Shown here piece after piece: positions 21,663-30,508 of a stretch of DNA of 64,000 nucleotides; the first letter of the stretch is position 1; every line of letters begins with the position of its first letter. Origin of the DNA: an uncultured Nitrospira sp. (GTDB taxonomy: Bacteria; Nitrospirota; Thermodesulfovibrionia; Thermodesulfovibrionales; UBA6898); contig CAWEYN010000004.1 of NCBI GenBank assembly GCA_963813295.1, forward strand, positions 3,058-67,057, in the 5' to 3' direction. A program made the position numbers and the translations under genes. The notes under the pieces were generated by a model. That model searched no databases. It was not told the origin of the DNA and worked only from the letters and a program-made list of their open reading frames with translations.

Positions 21663-23832
21663 TCAGTTTACAGTGATCGAGACGCAGGAAGGGTCGGCGG
21701 TTATAATGTCTTCGATGACTGACATGGCCTCTTTGACATAAGCGTCTGCCGAGGTCTCCTTTATAAATGCCTCTTTTTTCTCTTCAGGGGTCTTGGCTTC
21801 GCTTTTTAGTTTTGAAATGGCCGTGGGAGGATTCAGGGTCTTTTTCTGTTTTGCGCGCTTCCTCTATTTCCTTGCGCACGTCGTCTATATTCAGGGACTT
21901 CAGAGTGTTCTTCTTTTTTTCCTCAAACCTTATGGACTCGTTTTTCATGTCGATTAAGCCCTGGTCTGATACGGACCTCTTTAGGCTTTTTTCTCTCAGT
22001 TGCGAAATATCAGGTCTGCATTTAGGCCATTTTGTGAAGGCCACTGGATTGACAGTGTCCCAGGGCATGGCAAAGTCGAGGTATTGCTCCCCGGTCTTGA
22101 GGCCGCTCATCACGTCCGGCAGGACCAAATCCGGTATTACTCCCCGGTATTGCGTGGAGTCTCCGCTTATGCGATAGAACTTCTGGATAGTAAGTTTGAG
22201 CGCGCCGAGGGGTTTGTACTCTTCCATGTTCAGGAACGGGACATTTTCGTCAAGGTCTATTACTGTCTGGACTGTGCCCTTACCATGGGTATGCTCTCCG
22301 CCCATGATCAGTGCGCGGCTGTAGTCCTGTAGGGCTCCGGCGAGTATTTCCGAGGCAGAGGCGCTGAGCCTGTTTACCAGAATTACCACAGGGCCGGTAT
22401 AGGTTATATCCGGATCGTAGTCTGCCAGGGTGGTTGTCTTGCCGTCGCTGCTTTTTATCTGGACTACAGGCCCTGTTTTGATGAACAGTCCGGCGATTTT
22501 TACAGCGTCGGTCAGAGCGCCGCCCCCGTTGTTCCTGAGGTCGATGATCATGCCCTTGATATTTTGGGACTTTAAATTAGTCAGTTCAGCCTTGACATCA
22601 TCCGTGGAGTTCCGGCCTCCGTTGCCGTTTCTGGTTTTTTCAAAGTCCCTGTAAAAGGAAGGGACTTTGATATATCCGAAATTATCGCCGGTTTTTTCGT
22701 TTTTGATGGTTGTGCCTTTTACGAACGTTTCTTCGATCTGGATAATGTCGCGCACTATCGGTATGATCAGTACTTTGCCGTCCGGTTTACTGATCGTGAG
22801 TCTTACCTCGGTCCCTTTCTTTCCCCTGATCAGCTTGACAGCGTCCTTTACCCTCATGCCGATTACGTCTATTGGTTCGCCGGCGCCTTCACCGACCTTT
22901 AGGATAATGTCTTCGGCCTGAAGCTGTCCCTGCCTCGAAGCAGGGCTGCCTGCTATTATGCTCACGACTTTTATGTGGTTTTCGTCTTCTTTCAGGGTTG
23001 CGCCTATTCCTTCGAGAGAACCGCTCATGCTGATGTCAAAGTCCTCTTTGTTCATGGGCGGCATATAGTCTGTATGCGGATCGAATACGTGAGCTACCGC
23101 GGTAAAGAAGCGTTCATAGCTTTCGGCTTCTTTTTCCTGGGCGATCCTCGAAAAAAATTGGTCGTAAGTCTTCAATACCTTGTTGCGGGCAGCTTTCCTG
23201 AGGTCTTCATCCGTCTGCTGTTTCTTGTCCTCAGGCTTTTCAGCGAGCTTTGACGTGTCCCCTGCAATGGGTGCATGCTCTTCCGGCTGGTTAAGGTACT
23301 GGCGCAGGACCTGGTATTTAAGTAACTTCCTCCAGCGTTCTTTTAATTCAGCATCGGTCTTGCAGTAATCTATCTTCTCGACGTCGGTTTCGATAAACTC
23401 TTTTGTCGAAAAATCGAAATCCTCTGAAAGGATTTTCTTGACCATCTCATAAACAACGGCCGCCCTTGCAGAGAGTGTTGCCGAGCCTGTTACCGCAAGC
23501 TCAAGTTTGCCCGAGTTCATTTCATCGTCAATGAGCTTAGAATATTTTCTCAGTTTTTCGACGTCTTCCTGCAGCAGGACTGTTTTTTGGAAATCGAGCT
23601 GTTTGAGATAAAGTCCGAAGGCCGCCTCAGAGACAGTGTCATCGATAATTTTATGGCTGAAGTGGTTTGTTTCAAGACGTTCGCGAATCATGTACGACAG
23701 AAGCTTGGCCTTGTTGGCCTCATATTTGGCAGGCTGGTCAAGACCCTGGGCATGACCTGCGCCAAAAAGCAGTGAAAACAGGAATGAGAATACAAAGAAG
23801 CGCTTCAATAAATTATGTTTCATTGATGGCAT
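21663..23832 (-). CDS. prc: Tail-specific (C-terminal processing) S41 protease; frameshift near 21840 extends the true C-terminus; start uncertain (23832 or 23823)
   Basis: ORF 21784..23946 has a PDZ region, NNGGGALTDAVKIAGLF, the catalytic region VNRLSASASEILAGAL, and GEHTHGKGTVQ. After ARKTEKD another frame stays open (LNPPTAISKLKSEAKTPEEKKEAFIKETSADAYVKEAMSVIEDIITADPSCVSITVN*) down to 21663. The signal peptide MKHNLLKRFFVFSFLFSLLFGAGHAQG argues for a start downstream of 23946. Confidence 0.85.
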
Positions 23833-23974
23833 GGACAATAAACGGTTAGAGCTGCAAAAAGGCACGAACCTATACCTGATATCGAATAGTTCATTGTTTA
23901 TTCTACTATTAAAGTTTAGTTTTGGGCAAATATGATGCATTCGCAAAGAATGAAAATCGTGACAGTGAATTATT

Positions 23975-24005
23975 GTAACTGCTCAGGTGTTTAGGCTTAA
24001 GACTG
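23975..24005. repeat. 31-nt intergenic repeat, copy A (GTAACTGCTCAGGTGTTTAGGCTTAAGACTG), upstream of prc
   Basis: 29/31 identical to 30329-30359. Both copies are followed by a CCGCC(G/A)CCTT box (24023-24032 in copy A, after an extra ~17 nt). Both lie 30-40 nt upstream of a minus-strand ORF start. Confidence 0.8.
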
Positions 24006-24129
24006 AAGGATATCAATCAGTCACCGCCGCCTTCAGCTATTTCTGATGTCCGAAGTTTTATTTGATTAAGCAGCAGTTGTTCCTAAAAGCCTTACACCTG
24101 TCGATTCTATCTACCTGAGTAGTTACGAA

Positions 24130-24948
24130 TTATTTCAATACTACCGAGGCGTTCCTGTCAAAGGGGTTGGTCCTGACAGCAAGGGAAAAGAGATAGGGAT
24201 AGTTTTTTTTCAGGTACTTCATATAATCGAGCCACTCATGGACCAATAATACGTATGCCCTTCGCATATCTCCTGAAAGGTGTTTGTAGTCTTCATCAGG
24301 CAGGTTTTCCAGCGATTTCCTGTGGAGAAGTTCTTCCTTGACGTGCAGGACCGCCCTGAGGAGTTCTGTGAAGGACTGATGTTCAAGCAGATAGGGGTTT
24401 TCAAAGAGCCTCAGCACAAGCTCCCTTTTTTCCTGAAGAAATCCGCTTAATTCTTTGAGGTCTGCCAGCGTGCTGTCAATCCTGTAATCGTAATTCCTGA
24501 GCCGTTTACTTTCGCTTTCGAACTTCTTGTCAGACCATTCATTTGTCACGATGAGGTCCTTTCTGAGCGCGTCGGCACTGGTGTCGCAGGAGAAAAAGAG
24601 TCTCATGAGGTCTGTACCGACTTCGCTGAAGAAGACACCGATGACCATGTTCAGTTTTTCCTTTCTTATCAGCTTTTCTCTCCTGTTCATGAGCATGTCT
24701 GTCGAGTTTGCCACAACGCCCAGAAAGGTGCCGACACCGGTGATAATAAGGACCATGGCCAGAAATTTACCCGCCTCTGTCTTGGGGGTGATATCCCCGT
24801 ACCCGACTGTCGTGACAGTCGCGACGGTGAAATATACCGCGTCAGACAGTGACAGGCCCTCCAGCTTCATAAAACCGAGAGTCCCTGTCACCATGACTAT
24901 AAAAAACAGTACAAGTAAAATCTGTAATCTCAAGCGTATTGTGTCCAT
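24130..24948 (-). CDS. Two-TM potassium channel (KcsA-like pore) with a cytoplasmic C-terminal domain
   Basis: Selectivity filter TVTTVGYGD is flanked by two TM helices (LQILLVLFFIVMVTGTLGF, FLAMVLIITGVGTFLGVV). A ~170-aa soluble tail of unknown type follows. Confidence 0.85.
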   Translation of the reverse strand: MDTIRLRLQILLVLFFIVMVTGTLGFMKLEGLSLSDAVYFTVATVTTVGYGDITPKTEAGKFLAMVLIITGVGTFLGVVANSTDMLMNRREKLIRKEKLNMVIGVFFSEVGTDLMRLFFSCDTSADALRKDLIVTNEWSDKKFESESKRLRNYDYRIDSTLADLKELSGFLQEKRELVLRLFENPYLLEHQSFTELLRAVLHVKEELLHRKSLENLPDEDYKHLSGDMRRAYVLLVHEWLDYMKYLKKNYPYLFSLAVRTNPFDRNASVVLK

Positions 24949-24984
24949 AGTAATATCCTTAGCAGACCCCGGAGAACTTTAAAG

Positions 24985-26414
24985 CTATGAAAGCTTTTTC
25001 TTCATGAGGTCGTTGAGCATCTGGGGGTTTGCCTTTCCCTTTGTTGTCTTCATCACCTGGCCTACAAAAAAGCCCAGGAGCTTTTCCTCACCTGCTTTGA
25101 ACCTTTCGACCTCTGCCGGATGTTTTGCGATGATCTCATCTACAGCCTTTTCTATGGCAGACTCATCGCTGATCTGAAGAAGTCCTTTTTCTTTTACGAT
25201 GCTCTCAGCATCCTTGCCGGTCTTGTACATCTCCATGAATACGGTCTTTGCAATCTTGCCGCTGATGGTGCCTTTCCCGATGAGGGTAAGCATGTCAGCA
25301 AGCTGTTTTGGCTTTATGGGACAGCTGTCGATGGCGGTGTTCTCTTCATTGAGCATCTTCATCAGTTCTCCCATCACCCAGTTTGCTACTGCCTTGGGCT
25401 GTCCGCCTGCCTGCACAGCCTCTTCGAACCATGCAGCAACTGCCTTTTCTGTTGTAAGGAGTTCTGCGTCATATTCCGGGAGGCCATATCCGGCAACAAA
25501 GCGCTTTCTCTTTGCATCAGGCAATTCAGGCAGTCCGGACCGTATTTCATCGATCACGGATTTTTCAACTGTAATGGGTGTAAGGTCAGGCTCAGGGAAA
25601 TACCTGTAGTCGTGCGCCTCTTCCTTGGAGCGCATTGACTCTGTTATCCCTTTGTTGGAATCCCAGAGCCTTGTTTCCTGGATTATCTTTGCCCCCGTCT
25701 TCTAAGACGTTTGATCTGCCTTTTTATTTCATATTCTATGGCCTTTTCAACGAATTTGAAGGAGTTTATGTTCTTGATCTCCGCCCTTGTCCCGTATTCC
25801 TTCTGGCCTTCAGGCCTTACAGAGACGTTAGCGTCGCACCGCAGAGAACCCTGTTCCATGTTCCCGTCACAGACACCAAGATATATGAGGATCGCCCTCA
25901 GTTTTTTCATGTACTCAACTGCTTCCTGAGGTGAACGTATGTCGGGCTCTGAGACTATCTCCATAAGCGGGACCCCTGTCCTGTTAAGGTCGACAAAACT
26001 GTATTTGCCTCCGCCTTCATGGATATTCTTCCCTGCATCCTCCTCCATATGGATCCTTGTGATGCCAATTTTTTTCACATTCCCGTCTACGACAACCTCG
26101 ATATAACCGTGTTCGCATATCGGGTGTTCGAACTGGCTTATCTGATAGCCCTTCGGAAGGTCGGGATAGAAATAATTTTTCCTGGCAAAGCGGCTGTAGG
26201 GAGATATTGTGCAGTGCGTAGCAAGGCCGGTCCTGATCGCAAATTCAAGCGCCTTCTTATTTAAAACCGGAAGCACACCAGGCATGCCTATGCATACAGG
26301 GCAGGTCTGGGTGTTTGGCTCAGAGCCGAATTTTGTCGAGCAGCCGCAGAATATCTTTGTGTCAGTGAGCATCTGCGCGTGCACTTCAAGTCCTATGACA
26401 GCTTCGTATTTCAT
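24985..26414 (-). CDS. gatB: Asp/Glu-tRNA amidotransferase subunit B; two 1-nt insertions only ~24 nt apart (about 25711 and 25687)
   Basis: N-terminal ORF ([21 protein letters not shown] 9 nt upstream of ATG 26414) ends [14 protein letters not shown]. The next frame reads NVLEDGGK. The third frame reads [35 protein letters not shown] into ORF 24985..25635 (GatB/YqeY C-terminal domain). Confidence 0.9.
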
Positions 26415-26679
26415 ATATTGGAACTCCTTATTCTTCCCATAGTGTAACACCAGGCCTGATGGCAACTCTCCCCTGTTTCCAGCGTCCGTAAAGGAATATC
26501 AAGCAATTTCGACATGGCTATATAAGACGAACCATAAAAACTAATGTTATATTTTCTGCTGACAGCAAAGGCCCCTTTTATTCACCGGGACGATTCTTTA
26601 CCTTTTCTTTTTAGTTTCTTCAGGTACTCTGAGAGAAACAATTTTCATCTAAATATGTTACTTTTTGTTAAACAGACTG

Positions 26680-27465
26680 TCAAACATAATCAAATAATTT
26701 GTAGTTGCAACTAATTGACCCTGCAACAGGTCCGTGCATTCTGCTGCTGTTAAGTACTCCCCGAAGTTTGAGCAGATAAAGTATTTGTGTTACGGAGGGA
26801 TACTCACAGGAATTTGCGCAAGTTTTATTTTCGATAAATGAGGGGTACGCCTTGTCATTGATACGGTAAACTTCAAGACATGTTTGCTTAGTTCTTCCTG
26901 TACCTGAGACTCCTAATTTATTTACTATATCTGAAGTATTCAAATGGAAAACATAAGGGTAGTTTCCTTTTTTGCCGGAGAAGGACTTTCGCATCTCAAC
27001 TCGAGCTCCTAACCCTCGTATTAAATAGAGAAAAGAATAACAGCTGAAGGGAAAAAGAGAGCCTCCTTTTCCCTTCATGCTGATAGGGCTATCGGTCAGG
27101 TGGGGTAGGTGCTTATTCTCTTCTTTCCTTTCAGGGGGGGTGTTCGCATTTTCTGGGGGCTGCGGCCACACATTTATTTTCCAATCGGATTTGTGTTCAG
27201 ATTCAGTGGTTTTCCCCTTTTCTAAGGACTCATCCTGCAGCTTCTCATCCCTGCCTGCCGGACCGCCCTGCGGCGTATCTGCATCTGCATCAGCAACAAC
27301 GTATACACCGCTTGTATCAGGCATTACTATAACCTCCGGAGGTGCCTCAAATACGATGGGTGGCGGCAGAGAAATTCCGGCATTTATATCTACCCCTGCC
27401 ATTGTTGGCATTAGAACGATAATTGCAAACGTAAAAAATATCGATACCAATAGTAACTTTTTCAT
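26680..27465 (-). CDS. Hypothetical secreted protein; only the N-terminal ~100 aa look protein-like
   Basis: Signal/TM segment MKKLLLVSIFFTFAIIVLMPTMA, then the proline-rich GISLPPPIVFEAPPEVIVMPDTSGVYVVAD. The remainder is compositionally odd and could be read-through or a second unit starting at MRKSFSGKKGNYPYVFHL (about 27030). Confidence 0.35.
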   Translation of the reverse strand: MKKLLLVSIFFTFAIIVLMPTMAGVDINAGISLPPPIVFEAPPEVIVMPDTSGVYVVADADADTPQGGPAGRDEKLQDESLEKGKTTESEHKSDWKINVWPQPPENANTPPERKEENKHLPHLTDSPISMKGKGGSLFPFSCYSFLYLIRGLGARVEMRKSFSGKKGNYPYVFHLNTSDIVNKLGVSGTGRTKQTCLEVYRINDKAYPSFIENKTCANSCEYPSVTQILYLLKLRGVLNSSRMHGPVAGSISCNYKLFDYV

Positions 27466-27657
27466 TTTGCTGCCTCCTTCCTTTATTTTATCACTTATTT
27501 AGCACTTTTCATATTCACCCCTGCGCCTGTAAGTTTGCCTAAAAAGTAGACACCTCATACGTAGCGCTTTCTTGCAACAATCGAGTGAAAAAGGATAGTT
27601 CATATTAGGGAATCTACTGTCTAAACCCGCTTGTTTCAATCCCTTAGAGTTTATCTC

Positions 27658-27686
27658 TTGACAGCGAACGATCGTTCGCCTATAAT
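27658..27686 (+). promoter_or_regulatory. Consensus sigma70 promoter (TTGACA-17 nt-TATAAT) whose spacer is a perfect palindromic SOS box (GCGAACGATCGTTCGC)
   Basis: ttgaca at 27658-27663, gcgaacgatcgttcgc at 27664-27679 (GAAC-N4-GTTC, Cheo-box type), tataat at 27681-27686. The lexA-like ATG at 27693 begins 6 nt after the -10 with no SD. Confidence 0.7.
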
Positions 27687-27692
27687 TCATAT

Positions 27693-28286
27693 ATGAAACA
27701 ACTCCGGGCAGAAGACAAGCTAAAGTCCAGAATCAGGGATATTTCCGCCTTTTATCATCAAAATAATCGAATGCCCAGCTTCTCGGAAATCGGCGAGATG
27801 TTCAAGCTCAGTTCAAAGAGCTCAGTGCATAAGGTTGTCGGCAAACTTGAAACCATCGGGGTGATCAGTAAAGACAAGAAGGGCAGACTGATACCAGGAT
27901 CTATAAAATCTCCGGTTAAAGTACTGGGAACAGTTGAGGCAGGCTTTCCGAGTCCTGCAGAGGAAGAACTGGTTGACACCATCTCCTTTGACGATCTCCT
28001 TATAAAGAACCGGGAGGCCACGTTCCTTTTGAAGGTTTCCGGGGACTCCATGTCAGAGGCTGGAATTTTGCCGGGGGATATGGTCATTGTGGATAAAGGA
28101 CAGACCCCCAAGAGCGGGGATATTGTCATAGCAGAGGTCGATGGAGCATGGACGATGAAGTATCTGATAAAGCGAGGGGAAAGTGTGACCCTACTGCCGG
28201 CCAATCCAAAATACCAACCAATCAGGCCGAAGGATGAGCTCAAGATCGCGGGTGTGGTGACAGCGGTAGTTAGGACGTATAGGTGA
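27693..28286 (+). CDS. lexA: LexA-like SOS repressor (winged HTH plus S24 autopeptidase)
   Basis: N-terminal wHTH (MPSFSEIGEMFKLSSKSSVHKVVGKLETIGVISKD). Cleavage region VEAGFPSP. S24 catalytic motifs VSGDSM (Ser) and EVDGAWTMKYL (Lys). A self-operator lies in its own promoter. Confidence 0.8.
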   Translation: MKQLRAEDKLKSRIRDISAFYHQNNRMPSFSEIGEMFKLSSKSSVHKVVGKLETIGVISKDKKGRLIPGSIKSPVKVLGTVEAGFPSPAEEELVDTISFDDLLIKNREATFLLKVSGDSMSEAGILPGDMVIVDKGQTPKSGDIVIAEVDGAWTMKYLIKRGESVTLLPANPKYQPIRPKDELKIAGVVTAVVRTYR

Positions 28287-28319
28287 CAGGAACAACAAAT
28301 AATAAGGAGGAACAATAAA

Positions 28320-28505
28320 ATGGTTAATGTATTTATGCTGAAATTTCTAGGAGAACTTTTTTACCTGATCGTCTCGCTCTTTGCACTTTATGGCCTATGG
28401 GACCTTTTTCGCGCATACAGGGCAATAAATTCAACGGTCATTAAGACCCATATCACTGCATATGAGCTTCGGAAGATGGTAGAGAGCCGCGCCCGACAGG
28501 TGTAG
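28320..28505 (+). CDS. Hypothetical 61-aa single-TM protein between lexA-like and the polymerase gene
   Basis: GGAGGA lies about 8 nt upstream of the ATG. TM helix LGELFYLIVSLFALYGLWDLF. No family recognised. Confidence 0.4.
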   Translation: MVNVFMLKFLGELFYLIVSLFALYGLWDLFRAYRAINSTVIKTHITAYELRKMVESRARQV

Positions 28506-28527
28506 GGGCTTACGGGGCAGACATTCC

Positions 28528-29841
28528 ATGACTACCCAGCCCCTCACCATACATTCCTGGCCCCAGGCTATCCTGCACGTTGATGCCGATGCCTTCTTTG
28601 CATCCTGCGAACAGGCAATACACCCTGAACTCAAGGGAAGGCCGGTCATAACAGGAAAAGAGAGGGGCATAGTGGCTGCTGCCAGTTATGAGGCAAAGGC
28701 AAAAGGCGTAAAGAGGGGCATGAGGCTCTTTGAGGTCAGGCAGGTATGCAAGGACGCTGTTGTCCTCCCTTCGGATTACGAGACATACAGCCTTTTTTCA
28801 TTGCGGATGTTCGAAATATTCAGGCGCTTCTCTCCGGACGTTGAGGAGTACTCCATTGACGAAGCCTTTGTTGACCTGACCGGTCTCAGGAGAAGTTTCC
28901 ATGGTCCTTACGGCATGATAGCCGACAAGATTCAACTGGCAATCGAAAAGGAACTCGGAATTACCGTATCTATCGGTGTAAGTCTATCGAAGGTCCTGGC
29001 TAAAATAGGCTCCAAACATAATAAACCACACGGTTGCACCATTATTCCGGGAGGAGATATACACCTTTATCTCGAAAATCTCCCTGTAGAGAAGGTCTGG
29101 GGAATAGGAGCGAACACAGCAGCATATCTAAACAAGCACAGAATTACCACAGCACTGCAATTTGCCAGGAAGGACGAGAAATTCATTAAGAAGTATCTTT
29201 CCAAGCCTTATCAGGAAATCTGGCATGAGCTAAACGGCAGAAGCGTTTATCCTGTGGTAACCGAGACAAAGAGCAGTTACCAATCGATAAGCAAGGCAAA
29301 GACCTTTACTCCTCCATCGACTGATGAGACGTTCATCTTCGCCCAGCTTTCCAAAAACCTTGAGAATGCCTGTATCAAGGCAAGGAGGTATATTCTTGCT
29401 GCCACAAGGCTTATTGTATTTCTCAGAGGGCAGGATTTCAGGAGCTTTGGAGTAGAGGTCAAGTTAAGCCTGCCGAGTGCCTATCCTTATTGTCTTATGG
29501 GGCCATTGAAAGAGGGATTCAGTAATATATACAGGCCAGACACCCCTTTTCGGCAGACAGGTGTTGTCCTTGCAGGTCTTGTTCCTGATGACGGCTCCCG
29601 TTACACTCTTTTTGACGACACGACAAAAATCGAGAAGATGGCAAAGATCTACGAGGCGGTTGACAGGCTTTCGGAAAAGTACGGGAAACATACGGTACAG
29701 CATGGATCGAGCCTGCCGACAAAGCAGCAGGCCCAGCATGAGGGAGACAGAGGAGACATACCGGCAAGGCAATCAGAGTTGTTCAAGGGAGAAAACAGGA
29801 GACAGAGGATAGGGTTACCTGTATTGGATATTAAGGTTTGA
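28528..29841 (+). CDS. Y-family translesion DNA polymerase (UmuC/DinB-like)
   Basis: ILHVDADAFFASCEQ (catalytic Asp), YSIDEAFVDLTG (Asp-Glu), SIGVSLSKVLAKIGS, VEKVWGIGANTAAYL (HhH). Same strand and immediately downstream of the lexA-like gene. Confidence 0.85.
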   Translation: MTTQPLTIHSWPQAILHVDADAFFASCEQAIHPELKGRPVITGKERGIVAAASYEAKAKGVKRGMRLFEVRQVCKDAVVLPSDYETYSLFSLRMFEIFRRFSPDVEEYSIDEAFVDLTGLRRSFHGPYGMIADKIQLAIEKELGITVSIGVSLSKVLAKIGSKHNKPHGCTIIPGGDIHLYLENLPVEKVWGIGANTAAYLNKHRITTALQFARKDEKFIKKYLSKPYQEIWHELNGRSVYPVVTETKSSYQSISKAKTFTPPSTDETFIFAQLSKNLENACIKARRYILAATRLIVFLRGQDFRSFGVEVKLSLPSAYPYCLMGPLKEGFSNIYRPDTPFRQTGVVLAGLVPDDGSRYTLFDDTTKIEKMAKIYEAVDRLSEKYGKHTVQHGSSLPTKQQAQHEGDRGDIPARQSELFKGENRRQRIGLPVLDIKV

Positions 29842-29877
29842 TTGGATTTTTGAACTTGCGGCAACCCCTGTCACAAA

Positions 29878-30291
29878 TTATTCCGCTATGGGCTTTTTGG
29901 GCTCGCCTTTTGTCTTTGATGCCGGGAGCTTGGCCCAGAAGGATGCTGCAGGGGCCTCCTGGCCTGTCAGGTCATAAAAGTTGCGAGGCGACGGTTGTGC
30001 CTGTATCCTCTTGTATGCACTTTGCACAGAGTAGCGCACCCGGTATCTGTAAAAAGACAGTTTCCTGTGAGCAGGATAAAGTTCCTTGAAATTCGTTAAG
30101 GCCCTCAGCCTTTCACTCCACGACATGATAACATCCGTAGCCTGTTCGACCGGGACGCCGGTCTCACGGCATATAAGCCCGACCAGGTAAGCAATATCCT
30201 GGATACCTCTTCCTGACTTCGGTAAAATGTTCAGCAGAATCTCAAGCGCATACTTCGCAGTTTTTTTGTCTTCTTTATTAATAGCAGCCAT
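29878..30291 (-). CDS. Hypothetical protein (137 aa); weak resemblance to PriCT-type helical domains of mobile-element primases
   Basis: Intact ORF convergent with the polymerase gene. The segment GIQDIAYLVGLICRETGVPVEQATDVIMSWSERL...VQSAYKR recalls the PriCT pattern. This is from memory only and is unverified. Confidence 0.4.
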   Translation of the reverse strand: MAAINKEDKKTAKYALEILLNILPKSGRGIQDIAYLVGLICRETGVPVEQATDVIMSWSERLRALTNFKELYPAHRKLSFYRYRVRYSVQSAYKRIQAQPSPRNFYDLTGQEAPAASFWAKLPASKTKGEPKKPIAE

Positions 30292-30328
30292 ACATACTCC
30301 TCATCGTCATACTATACAATAATAAAAG

Positions 30329-30359
30329 GTAACTGCACAGGTGTTTAGGCTGAAGACTG
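30329..30359. repeat. 31-nt intergenic repeat, copy B (GTAACTGCACAGGTGTTTAGGCTGAAGACTG), upstream of the 29878..30291 gene
   Basis: 29/31 identical to 23975-24005, followed directly by tCCGCCACCTT (30360-30370). Confidence 0.8.
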
Positions 30360-30508
30360 TCCGCCACCTTATTTTCATTGAGGATATTGTAACATCAGCA
30401 TTCGCTATTTTGTAAAAAGACATGACCAGACAGTTAGATGCTTGACAACCCTTTCTTTCCCGGTATACTGAAGCTAGAGTTATGCTCTCAGTAACTAGGG
30501 GAGAAGTT

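Noticed and set aside
26680-27080. The C-terminal two-thirds of ORF 26680..27465 (from MRKSFSGKKGNYPYVFHL) could be a separate gene.
   Set aside because: It is in the same uninterrupted frame as the N-terminal secreted part. It has only a weak, poorly spaced SD and matches no recognisable family. It is left inside the low-confidence hypothetical CDS.
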